A stretch of 64,000 nucleotides of DNA, from NCBI RefSeq assembly GCF_006345805.1, contig NC_043000.1, positions 72,602,001 through 72,666,000 of the forward strand, given 5' to 3'. This DNA is from Octopus sinensis (taxonomy: Eukaryota). Positions within the stretch are counted from its first letter, which is position 1; each line of letters opens with the position of its first letter. Under the pieces are notes generated by a model. It worked only from the letters and a program-made list of their open reading frames with translations, ran no database searches and was not told the origin of the DNA. Made by a program: the position numbers and the translations under genes. Positions 50,594 through 63,945 of this stretch are shown here, piece by piece.

Positions 50594-52219
50594 CACACAC
50601 ACACACAACACACACACATATATATATATATATATATTACATTTACACAAAAAGTAACACCTGTAAATATAGGGAATAAAGTGCTTTTGCAATTTATTGA
50701 ATACGTAAATAGAAAGTTAATATTTATTTTCATTATTCCTTTCTATTTCGAAGATCCCAAATATACAAGACGTTGTGCCCCTAAACAAGTGACACCCCGG
50801 ACCACAGCTTAAGTTTCCAGTATTACATGATTTTTTTTTATTACATTTCCTACTTTCTGAATTAAGATCATCTTTCGAAAGACTTTATTTCCCATGCTCG
50901 GGGTTGATAAAATGAAAACAATAAACTTCCATGACAGATTGTGTCCATTATCTCTCAATAAGAAGCTTACCAATTCAGTTGCGTTACTACAGTGTTATTT
51001 ATTTTTAATAAAGATTTCTTGCACTGATACAAAAATATACATATTTAAACGCAGCTTTCATGGTAGTGGGTAAATATACCACAGTTATACACGCTTTCAG
51101 CGCATATACATTGTGAGTTAGTGTGAAGTAACAAATGAAGGAATAATAGGGGAAGCGAGAGCATGAAATCTAAATTCAAAATAAATAATTTTGTTTGTAT
51201 ATTCATAGTTGTAAATGCAACCAACTGTCAACTAATGTACAATTCTGCATAATTTTTTTTAATACATTTTCTACAACTGATTGTTGTTTATATCAATCTT
51301 ACCGAATATTGTATTTTATTTTCTTCTAATATCCGATTCTTATGACCAAACAAAAAAGGCCTTATCTTCAAGTGAAGGGAAAATTGAAATTGTGATTCTC
51401 ATGCCTTTCACAAAAATATTGGCGATAAAAGTGGGTAACATGGCCTGGAGCATAGTTTATGGTGCTTGACACATCCACAACAAATATTGTGCGCTAGTTA
51501 ATCAGAAATATATTCATCTAAATAAAATTCAAACACAATTCCAGTTCTAAGTGAATAGTGTGTCATTTTCTTTTTGTTATTTCCTTTTACTTTCAATTTT
51601 TCAAAATCTAATTTAACTTCTGTACACCATGTATGTGTAATCCGTGACTGTCGTAGTTTTTCAAATTAAAGGAAACCCAACTAGTCTAGGACCATGCTAG
51701 TCTACCTATATATAAATATATATTATATGAGATAGATTTAACTTAGAACAGCAGGGAAACAAGTGCCATGTTTTTATTATTAGCATGTAAAGCGGAAAAT
51801 CTGACATGCAGATGCTGCATCGACTATACATATAATTATATGTAAGAATAATCATATTGGTATATCTGTGTAGAGAATCGATGTATGTTTATATGAGAAT
51901 GGGATTTGTAATTATTGATGTTCTAGAGGTTTTCTGAAAAATTTGTCTAAAAAAACTTTGTCTTAAAACATTAAGATAGATATACATTTGTGTGCTAATG
52001 CCACGAATGTGCGAATACATAAGGGAAAATAAATTGTTTGAATTCGTAAAAATTTCAAGTGTGCATATATAGATACAGAATCAGTATTTATAACTTGAAT
52101 TTAGAGAGTGGTGTGCACATATGTATACCTAAGTTTGTGTATGCACACAGAGGCATGCGTGCATGATAAGCTTAAACTAAGTTATCTTAGAAAAAGTATA
52201 TACAGCAAAATGTACTCAC

Positions 52220-53957
52220 CAAACTTTGATATGAATTTGACACTAAGGAAATAAGCCAATAATTCCGAAATATGATTGAAAACGGATGCCACACCAAATA
52301 GCGTAGGAGATCCACCCAAGTCTTGTAGGTGCCAAAAAAGAAAAGTGAAAATAAGTCCAATTCCAAATCCCATAAACCAAGCAACAAATAATACTGACAT
52401 ATAACGAAGATTGGCCAACATCTTCAATACAGTTATCCATTTTCCAAAATAGGTCTCCTCTTCGAATGTCTTTCCACTTCCACTACTCTGTCCCTTTACT
52501 GTGTCACTAACCATGTCATTTTGTTCACCGAGTGAGATATGCAATTTATCGGGTGGAGTTTTTTCTTGAAAAGTTGGTTCGATATGAGCTTTGTCTTTAG
52601 TATAATAATCGAAATCGTCTTCTTCTACGAGTCGCATTCGGTCAATCTTCCTTCGTCCGGTGACTGTTTCTTTAATCTTTTCCTTAATCTGGGATGCAAT
52701 TTGTTTTAAAGGAATATCCATAATTCCTTGCTGGAAGGCAAAATTGAACTGAGTTGCTGTAATAAAGGCACAACTCATGAGGACAGAAAAAACAGCAAAG
52801 CATACCACGTAATTTTTCTCACCCTGTTCTTGAGTACCACAAGGGTGGTTTGGAAATGTTGTTGAATGATCAAGCGCCATTCCAACCAAAAACATAGCAA
52901 CTCCCCATCCGAGTGAACCAAACATTCGCTGTCTTCCATAGTTTTCAACATCATCTCCTAGATATGCCAATGTCACAGAATCTGCAAGAGTTATGGCAGG
53001 CGCACTGAAGAATTCTCCAACGACGATTAGAACAAGCAAGACAAAGAATACCTGCTGCACCTGGTCTTCACGATAGACAATAGTGCTGAAACGCGGGCTT
53101 ACCAAACCAGCAACTTGTTCCTTGTTTTTATTGGCAATCTTAGAATGGTCGATTTCGTATCCTTCATGTTTAGGTCTTTTGCGTTTAGAAATAAAATGAG
53201 ACAGGTATTCCTTTGTTGAAAATAAATCAGCGGGATCTTGATAACGACCGCTTACATCGTTTCTTTTTATATAATAAGGACCACCAGAATCACTCGTTCC
53301 CAAATTTTGATGATACAATCCGTTCATAAAATTTTTTAGCGAATTAGAATGAGATTCTGTAAGAGATATGGCACTGTCGTCGATCAGAAGATTTTCTGGA
53401 TTTATCCAATTTTCGGCAGAGGCCACTTCCCTTCGTCGTCTCTCGTAAGGTTCAGAAAGAAATAGATGCGTTGAGTTAGTTGAGATACAAGAATGGGCAG
53501 GAGGTCGTACAAAGGCCAAAGATAATGTGAAAGCAATCCAACAAAATAAAGAAAATAAGAGAAGCTGCTTTCCTTTCTTCCATTTATCAGCAAAAACACC
53601 CCATAAAGGAGCACTACAGAATTCAACGAAAGGGCGAAATCCTATAAGAATGCCGCCTTGGGTTGGGTTCATACCAAGTTGTCTAAAATACACTGCCATC
53701 AATGGAAAGAGTGAACCGAATGCAGCGAAAAAGAAAAAGTAGAATATCTTGGAAATCAGTAAATCCCTATTGATATAGGTAAACATGTTATCAATGAGGT
53801 CTCTCTTGCTACTGGGCATCCCTGGAAATTGGTGCTTTTGTTGTTGTTGGTACTGTTGCTGTTGATTGCATGCATTGTTTTGGAAAAATTGCTTTTCACT
53901 TAGTGTAGGTGATCTAATAGGACTTTCCTTTAGGGTTGAACCTGTTGAATAATCCAT
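52220..53957 (-). CDS. MFSD6: MFSD6-like major facilitator superfamily transporter, large first coding exon (579 codons + 1 nt)
   Basis: ORF 52182-53957 has the MFSD6 motifs LLISKIFYFFFFAAFGSLFPL, GFRPFVEFCSAPLWG, GEFFSAPAITLADSVTL, YGRQRMFGSLGWG and WFMGFGIGLIFTFLFWHLQD.GGSPTLFGVASV. The ATG is the first Met after an in-frame stop near 54007. The ORF tail is intronic past the GTGAGT donor at 52219. Confidence 0.93.
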
Positions 53958-55312
53958 GATGAATTTGTTGCTGTTGTTACTGTTGCTTTTATAGGCGATA
54001 TAGTCTTAGTTTGAAGTTGTTTCTTTTTATCTTTGTAATGTAATTCTCACTCTTAAATCCATTTAGAAAATGCGAAGCAGGTTACTTCTTTTTTTATTCC
54101 TCGATTAAATTTTTAAACTATCATTTCATTGAGTATTTCATGGATAAAGCATTTAAAATGGCCATTTCATAGCTACATATTATCAATAATGATGTTAATG
54201 ATAATAACGTTAAGAACAAATTAAAAATAATTACATTCGTTTGATGATCAGAATCGCTTGTCAAAGTAACAATTTGGGATCCATAATGAATATAAATTAT
54301 AAATCTATGTTGTAATAGTAAGCTTCTTCTGCTAAAATGGGATTTCGGCTCTAGCAGTAAACTGAACAAGGCTTTCTACATCACTTGTTCTTTAACACGA
54401 ATGAAAGAAATTTGAATGACAGTTGGAACGTTAGTCGTCTTTAACGTAAATAGTTGCAATAAAAAGCTAGTCACCGTGGATGTGGCAAGGGACTGTTTAA
54501 ATGTGCCGTCAACTGCTTTCACACAATTTCTGATAGGGCTAACAACTACCTAAAAACATAGTCGCATACAGAAATAAATTTTGATATACATACTTCCTTT
54601 CCGACTAACTCTTCTATTCCTTCAACGCTCCTTCAGTATTTTTCCATCAACTGCAACGCTTCTGTGCTTCTGATACCCTATTTTATCCAGCTGATACTTC
54701 CTTATTTATAAGTTCTCCAGCAGTATCATCAATACTTTCTTCCAGTTACATATAGCCAAGCTGCTTTCCCTTTCTCTTTCGCTCATCTTTTCATATTTCT
54801 ATTTTTAGTTTTATTCCTCCGCCATCTCTTCTTCTTCTTCTTCTTCTTTCCTTCCTCTTTCTCTTACCCCCTCTCTCTCTCTATATATATCTATCTATCT
54901 ATCTATCTATATCTATTACTATCTCCACTCTACTACTGCTACTAATGTTACCTGACAGCTAGCATTGCAGCTGCAACTGTTACTGCTGAAAGTAATTCAG
55001 ATGATATTCAATGAGATGAAATGTAAGTCAGCCGACAATAGTCAGTAGCTACCAACATCATTATAACAGTGATCTGCCTTCTATCAGTAACCAATATGAG
55101 CTGATCGATTCACAATACCCTTTATTTTTTAATGTATTTTTCACAAATAAGATGGCTTTAAAACAGTTATTCTAGAAATAATATATTTTGAAGTTTCATG
55201 ATCTCAGATTATTTGTTTTCCGTGTAAGATTGTATAAAATAAAGTAAAAATAAACGGAATATGTGTCTGTGCGTCTGTGCTCATATATGTTTACGTGTGT
55301 GTGTGTGTGTGC

Positions 55313-55354
<42 letters not shown>

Positions 55355-55410
55355 GTATGTATATGTATGTATATGTATTTATATATATGTATTAAATACA
55401 TACATATAAG

Positions 55411-55444
<34 letters not shown>

Positions 55445-55494
55445 AATATATATATATACATATACATATATATATCTATATATATATATCTTTT

Positions 55495-55856
55495 CTTTTA
55501 CCTTTTATCTTTTACCAATTTCTGGGGCATCGCCTTGAATATTTAGTCGAATGAATTGATCCCAGTACATATTTTTCGAGCCTGGTACTTATTTTATTAG
55601 TCTCTTTGCCGAACCTCTAGGTTATGGGGACGTAAATACACCAACACCGGTTGTTAAGTGGTGATGGTGGGGTACAAACACGAACTCGCACATAGATATG
55701 TATATGACGGGCTTCTTTCAGATTCCGTCTACCAAATCCACTTTGGCCGACCCAAGGCTATATTAGAAACACTTGCCTAAAGTCCGATGCAGTGGGACTG
55801 AACTCGGAAACATGTGATGGGAAGCAAACTTTTTACCACACAGCCACACCTGCGCG
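55495..55856 (-). mobile_element. SINE family B
   Basis: Colinear with 17736-18158. Confidence 0.8.
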
Positions 55857-55924
<68 letters not shown>

Positions 55925-55945
55925 TATATATATATATATATTGTG

Positions 55946-56002
<57 letters not shown>

Positions 56003-56201
56003 AATCAAGGAACGGCCATAATAGGCCATTCACCCACTAGAAATAACAGCCAAAAAGCTTCACCGCAAAATAACATTAATTCTGTAAACCAGGAGAAAAT
56101 TAAAAAAAAAAAAAAAAAATTAGAAATATATATATATATATATTATATATATATATTATATATATAAATTAATCAAATAAAAACATGATGCCAAGGATTC
56201 A

Positions 56202-56279
56202 GCGGTACATATGTTTCGGGCTTTTATTAGACGGATTTATAACAATGCATAATGTGTGTCTATGGCCTTCTTCAGCCGC
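56202..56279 (-). ncRNA. Type I hammerhead ribozyme motif, minus strand (left arm)
   Basis: Exact reverse complement of 56489-56566. Confidence 0.7.
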
Positions 56280-56488
56280 GCACAATTACTACCTCAAGGA
56301 CATGTATTACATTAAAAATTCTACGTTGGGGATGCAAATCCTCTCATTCGCGTACGACATAATGCGGCGACGAGATGGACGCTTCATTTTTGTGCTGTTG
56401 CCGCATTATGTCGTACGCGAATGAGACGATTTGCACCCCCAACGTAGAATTTTTGATGTAATACATGTCCTTGAGGTAGTAATTGTGC

Positions 56489-56566
56489 GCGGCTGAAGAA
56501 GGCCATAGACACACATTATGCATTGTTATAAATCCGTCTAATAAAAGCCCGAAACATATGTACCGC
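56489..56566 (+). ncRNA. Type I hammerhead ribozyme motif, plus strand (right arm)
   Basis: Helix I GCGG (56489-92)/CCGC (56563-66); core CUGAAGA (56493-99); helix II GGC/GCC plus UAGAC/GUCUA; GAAA (56551-54); self-complementary helix III ACAUAUGU; GUA cleavage triplet ending at 56562. Confidence 0.72.
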
Positions 56567-56869
56567 TGAATCCTTGGCATCATGCTTTTATTTTGATTAA
56601 TTTACTCCACCACCTACACCACCAAACGGTATATACAGGTGCTTACAATTATCAAGTACTCACCCTGAATTTCTGTACCCAACTATATATATATATATAC
56701 ATACATACATATATATATACATATATATATATATGTATGTATGTATGTAAGTATGTATGTATGTATGTATGCATGTATGTATGTATGTATGTATGTATGT
56801 ATGTATGTATGTATGTATGTATGTATGTATGTATGTATATGTATGTATGTATATATGTATGTATGTATA

Positions 56870-57481
56870 TCTTATACATAAATGGCAATTTCTGTCTGTC
56901 TATCTGTCTGTTACCATCTTACTGCCTACACCAGTGAACCAATCTTGACGAAACTTTGTATACATTTTAAACCAACATCCAGTTCAATTATAAGCTATAC
57001 GGGGGTCGAGCTATACGTAGCTTTAAGGAGAAAGTGGGTAGGGGGCTTTTCTGCTGTCAATCGCAAAAAACAGTCACACGCAGACACACACACACACATA
57101 CATGCATACATACATATACATGCATTCGTACATAGATACATATATCTACTCGACACCATTTTAAACTCGTGATTACTTGTGTGTAAGTTTGTAAATGTGT
57201 GTTTGTGTGTGTGTGTGTCACATCCTATAAATGTCTGTCTCTCTGCTTTTGTAAGATTTTCCTTTCCAGCCCCTTCGGATTCACCAAGAAGCTGTTTGGT
57301 GACAAGCGAAGTGGCAACCTCGAGTGTTAAGGTGAAGTAAACACCTTTCTTCGCAATACCCTTCAGCGCTGAGTTGTGAGATAGTTCTCAACTAGTTGAT
57401 TCACTTTCAATTCTCCTCCTTCGGGATCCCAGAACCCTCAGCATACCCTCCGCTGTTGGCAACGACGGGCTATTCAACTAA
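56870..57481 (+). mobile_element. Non-autonomous Helitron containing Hero-LINE pieces
   Basis: Starts TC after A, then TTATACATAAATGGC..TCTGTCTGTC..GAACCAATCTTGACGAAACTTTG, a typical Helitron 5' region. Ends GGCAACGACGGGCTATTCAACTAA before T (CTRR), similar to 6795-6822. Confidence 0.65.
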
Positions 57482-57498
57482 TATATATATATAATTAT

Positions 57499-57562
<64 letters not shown>

Positions 57563-57785
57563 AAATCAAATTGCGATAAAATAAAAAAATAATTATAATC
57601 GCTGGTATTACTAACACAAGCCATATATTTTTCATATATCAGTACATTAAGGCGAAATATGTGCTAGGAATACAGAAGCTTGATAAATTAAGTGAAATGA
57701 AGATAAAAACATTTACTAAATATATATTATATTTATATATTTATATATATATATATTATATATATATATAATATATATATATAAT

Positions 57786-57896
<111 letters not shown>

Positions 57897-57965
57897 AGTA
57901 TATATATAATATATATAATATATATATATATAATATTAATATATATATATATATATATATTCATA

Positions 57966-58603
<638 letters not shown>

Positions 58604-58659
58604 ATAGAACGGAATATATTTATTATAATATTGTGCATAAATATTCTTTACTACGCTAG

Positions 58660-58800
58660 GCACAAGACCCGAAATTTTGGGAGAGGGGTCCAGTCGATTA
58701 GATTGACCTCAGTACGCAACTGGTACTTAATTTATCGACCCTGAAAGGATGAAAGACAAAGTCGACCTCGGCGAAATTTGAACATAAAGACAGATGAAAT
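58660..58800 (-). mobile_element. SINE family A, 3' part
   Basis: Matches the 9641-9790 segment. Confidence 0.8.
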
Positions 58801-58989
58801 ACATTGTGCATAAATATTACTACTTTTCTATGCTGTACATTTTCATTAAAGCAGGTTCCAGTTACGTATGTATTTGTGTGCATGAATGCGTGCACGTGTG
58901 TATTATCCTGCTCTTCGGCATTCTCACATATACTAAAATAAAAATTCACCATCCAAACTATATATATATATAGCCAATTATATAAACCT

Positions 58990-60390
58990 TCATACTGCAT
59001 AACCGAAAATTAGTATAACTGCAATTGATTGAAAATCGGATGCACTAGACGCCAGCCAGCCAGAGATATGACTAGGTAATGTTCCGCGGTTGTATATTAT
59101 CCCACCTTGTCCAGGTACCTTGTTGGATGAACACCAACATCCTGCTAGTCCTTGCTTCTTGACAACCATGTTCATAGCTTGAGTGAAATGGTTTACTGAG
59201 ATGGTGCAGCCAATTATGATATACTTTTCCAGTCTGTGTCATTCGGTTGTTGCATGTCCAAGGGTGACTCTAATCAAGAATTTGCGATAATAATCCAGAA
59301 TAAGGTCGATGATTTTCCTGGCATAGACTCGTAGGCATTTGCGAAGTCCAGCCACAGAACCACCAGATTTCCCTTTATTTCTTTCACTTCTCTCAAGAGA
59401 TGCGGGACCACCCCTGTGTGCTCTATGCAGCCAGGGCTTCCAGTGATCCCACCTTTCCGTACCGGTGTATCTATGTAATTGTTCTCTAGAAGAAACCTTG
59501 TTAAGTGATAGGACCAAGATACTGAAAAATATCTTACCTTCAACTCTGAGTTGTGAGATAGTCCTCAACTGGTTGATTCCCTTTCAATTCTCCTCCTTCG
59601 GGATCCCAGAACCCTCAGCGTACTCTCCACTGGTTGGCAACACTTCCTCTCTATCAGATCACTTTTAGCATCCTCTGCAGTTGTTCGAGGAGCTGGGACA
59701 ACGTCCAAAAGTCCGCTGGGCCCTGGAGCAGAGACCGACCATGCTGCCTTAATAACTTCCTGGACTTCCTTCCAAATTGGCTCACTCATGTCAAACTCAG
59801 TCAATAGGAGTACTGGGCTTATAAGTGTTTTATTTTGACCAAATTCATATTCCCTTGAAGGATCATCAAGGGTGTTGCGAAGAAAGGTATTTACTTCACC
59901 TTAACACTCGAGGTTGCCACTTCATTTGTCACCAATCAGCTTCTTGGTGAATCCGAAGGTGTTGGAAATGAAAAGTGCACGCTTTTGTTGTCCATTCTCA
60001 TCTTCGTTCCCTGTGTCTTTCTGTTTTAAGAAGAGTGATTAACTTCTTCTTAATGATGTCTTGCAGCTCGGCGAATGGTTAACGTTCTTTTTCACTGGTT
60101 CCCTCGAACTGATTTTTGTGGGTCCTCAGTTTCTGCCAAAGTTGTATCTTGGTGGCTCTGCAGATTTGCTGTAGGACTTTTTGTTATCTCCTGCTTCTGC
60201 ACGGGGCTTTTTTCTGTCAGATTCAGTTGATTCCATTCAGCTGAATCTGACGGACGCGTAGCAAACAATGATTGCTGGCATTGCTTTAAATCGGCTGTCA
60301 GTGTCACCTTTAGACAGTAGGATTTTGGACACATCTTCCTCTTTCTGCTGCTACTCACTCTTGCTGTTTGCTGCAGGCCATTTGATCTGC
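58990..60390 (-). mobile_element. Hero-like (R2 group) non-LTR retrotransposon RT fragment
   Basis: Minus-strand frames give RTISQLRVEGKIFF, RKGGITGSPGCIEHTGVV..L.RE.KE.KGNLVVLWLDFANAY and GCTISV..F..AMNMVVK, typical of Hero-clade RTs as I recall them. Confidence 0.75.
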
Positions 60391-60849
60391 CGAACTACTG
60401 TGCATGGAGTCGGAAGTACACTCTCGTGTAATTTTGATTAATGATTTGGGAAGTTTCAGTTTGAAGTGCATATATGTTTACACACATACACACATAAATA
60501 TATACACACATACAGTACATACATACGCATATACATACATTCAGACCTGCAGACTTTGTTCATCAGAGAAAAAATATTATTCTGATGGGTTCACTTTACC
60601 CGGGGGCGTTCCTGAACGCTAGACATGAGGTTTTATAATTTGACTGCATGAATAAAAGTACATTTTGTCTTACAGGTAAAAACCAACCTGAAGTTTGCTC
60701 AACTTGTAGTATTTTTCATCCGTTCTCATATAATGTGAGTGTCTCCCTCCCACCCTCCCGTGGTTCATTACCCCACACCTTATACCTCTCTCCTTTTCTT
60801 TTACTATATTAGGTCATCTCCCCCAGCACTAGACATAAGTACCTATATA

Positions 60850-60911
<62 letters not shown>

Positions 60912-60989
60912 GTAATAGTAATAAACGAGTGAAGAATTAATATATAGTGCGTGTGTTTATATGGCATAAACAAATGACCATCCCGAAAT

Positions 60990-61046
<57 letters not shown>

Positions 61047-61475
61047 GTATGTATGCATGTATGTATGTATGTATGCATGTATGTATGTATGTATGTATGT
61101 ATGTATGTATGTATGTATGTATGTATGTATGTGTGAACACTATCCACACATACATACATATACATACATATACATACGTACAATACAAACATGCACATAA
61201 ATATATAGAGCCATATCTTCACATCAAGATAAATATATACATCATAACGTATATATGCAAAGAATTTAAAAACTGCCTAGTGTATATAATATTAAAATGC
61301 AAAAATAAGATAATTGTACATTAATTTGATATAACATAATAAAATACGTAAGCTCATTCTTCGGAAGAAAGTAACCAGATTCTTCCTAAGTTTATCTAAT
61401 ACATGGCCGTTTAAATTATGGATGACTATCGAGTACTATTTTTTTCACCTTGCTTCGCATTTATGTGCTTGTTTT

Positions 61476-61514
<39 letters not shown>

Positions 61515-61528
61515 ATATATATATGATT

Positions 61529-61776
61529 GTTAAACAGGGCAGCAAACATTAAGGCAAGGCGAACATCTCAAGAAGTCGTATACAATATTATTATAGGAGG
61601 AAATTCAAAATTTTACAGCTGTTTCTGGGATATCTCTGAGTATGGGATATTCCGTTATCAGTGACAAATAAGGGGAAAATAGGGAAAATGAGAATCGTAT
61701 ATATTTACAAGATGATGACATAGAGGAAGGGAATAAAAGAATAAGGAGATGAAAAGAAAGAAGAAAAAGAAGCATA
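61529..61776 (+). repeat. Unclassified interspersed repeat, homologue of 48111-48367
   Basis: See 48111-48367. Confidence 0.75.
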
Positions 61777-62760
61777 TCCGGGACAGATTGCCCGTTGCAA
61801 GCCCAGTGCAAAAGATTCAACGTCGTATACCGAAGCACCGTTCACATGGTAAATAACTCCTGTAGCTATTGCATTGGTTCTAGTTCCAATTTTAAACAAA
61901 GGTATTATGCACATTTAAACTCATTTAGATATAAGAAGAATAGCAATTCCACATCACTAGCCAGCCATCTAATTAATGGAAAAATACAGTATAAACTTTC
62001 CTGGGTTATAATAAACTCGGGTACCCCACATCAGGGTCAATACTCCAGTTGTGGACTTTGCTTAAAAGAATCTCTCAAAATTTTAACCCACAGCTCACCA
62101 AAATACGAGACCTTCTCTATCTGTAAGCACAAATTCTTTCGCACTTTTAAATTCTTTTATAAATCTAAATGTAAGCTCAGCCCCCACGAATAGCACCCAC
62201 ATAAAACCCCTATGATTATTAACACATACTCCTTCTATATCTCTATAACTACCTTATGCTTTTCCTAATTTCTATCTACCTTGCCTCATCACACTATGAG
62301 ATAAATATTAACTCTTTAATTTAACCTTAATTTGTTTTTAAACCTTAACCCAATAAATCCTCTAATATAGCCCCCTTAACTCTAACTCCCACTTCAACTA
62401 GCTCTTCCTTTCTCGACTACCTACATACCCATAGCTGCATTGCTAAAAATAACTTTACAGCCACTGACCTTAGCCAGAATGGACACAAGCAATTACTACT
62501 AAATGTCATCCCCCAAAACTTTAGACTTTAAGACTACCAGACTTCTACTTCTCTCTTTACATCTCTTTCATTTTGTTCTATTTTGTACCCTATCTTCCAC
62601 TATCTCTTCATCTTTTCTCTTATCTTCTCGGCTGTCCCGTATACAATTCTTAGACTCCATGCACCTATGCACCTTACTTTACCCTATAGCCAAACCTTAA
62701 AATCCCCTCCCCACCTCACTCTATCTACCTCTCTTTCTGTTTCTTTTCTTTTCTTTACTT
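61777..62760 (+). mobile_element. Penelope-like GIY-YIG endonuclease and putative 3' UTR
   Basis: ORF 61795-62193 CPL...C...NVVYRSTV......CIGSSSNFKQRYYAH..SF......TSLASH.....W.I......CGLCLKE. The extent of the UTR is uncertain. Confidence 0.75.
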
Positions 62761-62769
62761 TTACCACTT

Positions 62770-63110
62770 AATAGCCTATACTCTTCGACAGAAAGGCTTG
62801 AAAGGAGAAAATTAGAGAGCGAACGAAAACTAAAATAGGGAGAGAGAAAAATGTGTAAGGATTAACGGTCCAACATGATAAAATGACCGGAAGAAAGAGG
62901 CTGAGTGAAAGGGAGATAATAACGGCGACCAGGCTGAACTAGGGTGCGCGATGGCGTGTGTGTGTATGTAAGAATGGTATGTGTGACTGTGTATCTGTGA
63001 ATGAGGGCAAACGCGTTCGAATGTATGTGTGAGCGATCTTAAAATTAAGTGGGCCTGTGTGTGCGTATAAGAGCGTCTGTGTGTTTGTAATTTTTGAATT
63101 CGTTTGGCGT
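62770..63110 (-). mobile_element. Penelope-like 3' end in opposite orientation
   Basis: Minus strand reads ALIRTHRPT (resembling the PLE I..H.P.LN ORF end), a pyrimidine-rich UTR and the decayed motif TTCTGTCGAAGAGTATAGGCT. Confidence 0.45.
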
Positions 63111-63117
63111 CAGCACA

Positions 63118-63945
63118 GGACATCCTGTGACGAGATGGTCTATTGTTTCATCAAATTTATCGCAGAATCTGCATTTAGGGTTAGAACCGTTTTGAAGAAC
63201 GTTAGCCTGGTAGTTTTTGATCAGCAACTTTGATCTTGTGCTGCCAATATGAAACCTTCAGTCTCTGCTTTCAGTCCTGAGCTTCTCGGCCATTGATGGG
63301 TTGTTGTTTGATCTGCATCAGTATTTCGGCTTCGATGTATATACAGTCAATGCAGAGGTTTCTGATTCCACCTCTCCTCAATTTGTTTCTGTCCGTTCTT
63401 TTTGCAGCCTATTTGATCCGTTTTGCTTTTTTTCGTGGCAGTGGTTTCAGGTTCTTCATCTAATTCAGGGTTAATGCGAATTTGCAAGCTGCTTTGACAA
63501 TAAAGTGTGATTTTTTGCTGTATTTGTGTTTGCAAACAAGCCGCAGAATCCAGTCTTCTGTACTAGATAAGTACTTGTTCATTGCTATTGCGGATATCTT
63601 ATAGCACAGTTCTACCAGCATCATTCCTCTTCTCCCATTACTTCTAGGTAGGTACAGACGATCAACGTCAGCTTCTAGGTGGTGCATGTTCTTAGAAGTT
63701 AGTAGTTTTCTTGTCTTCCTGTCCAGACGTTGGAGTTCTGTAGATTCCAGTTGATGATGTTAAAACTATATTGGACTACTGGAAATACCAGTATGTTAAT
63801 GGCTTCGATGCAATTTTTGGAGTTGAGTTGAGTTTTTAGTACGAGTCGCATTCTTCTGTAATACTCCTTTCGTATTTTTTTTTCATAGTAACATGTTATA
63901 TACCTTCTCCGTTACTCCCCAGGTATTTATAGCTTTTTTGTGGTT
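63118..63945 (-). mobile_element. R4/Dong-type LINE fragment
   Basis: ORFs 63460-63687 (MHHLEADVDRLYLPRSNG.RG) and 63045-63227 (CRFCDKFDETIDHLVTGCP); also SETEGFILAAQDQ. Confidence 0.85.

Larger units (their letters stand above)
56165..56604. mobile_element. 440-bp palindromic element (~205-bp arms, ~25-nt loop), probably derived from Penelope pLTRs
   Basis: The left arm is the reverse complement of the right arm with about 5-6 differences by eye. This produces the mirror ORFs 56185-56424 (+) and 56344-56583 (-). Confidence 0.9.

Noticed and set aside
52182-52219. C-terminal EYILLYILFLR of the 591-aa ORF
   Set aside because: Read-through into the intron past a consensus GTGAGT donor; the protein continues at 6263.
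54362-54952. Possible 5' UTR intron of MFSD6 (donor-like GTAAC at 54951, acceptor-like TTGTTCAG ending at ~54362)
   Set aside because: Such motifs are common, and there is no transcript evidence to choose these sites.
56185-56583. Twin 79-aa ORFs with nearly identical sequence on opposite strands
   Set aside because: A consequence of the DNA palindrome; no protein motif or splice support.
57257-57463. Twin-priming inversion as the origin of the Hero strand switch
   Set aside because: The pieces are joined 3' end to 3' end, opposite to the head-to-head junction expected from twin priming.
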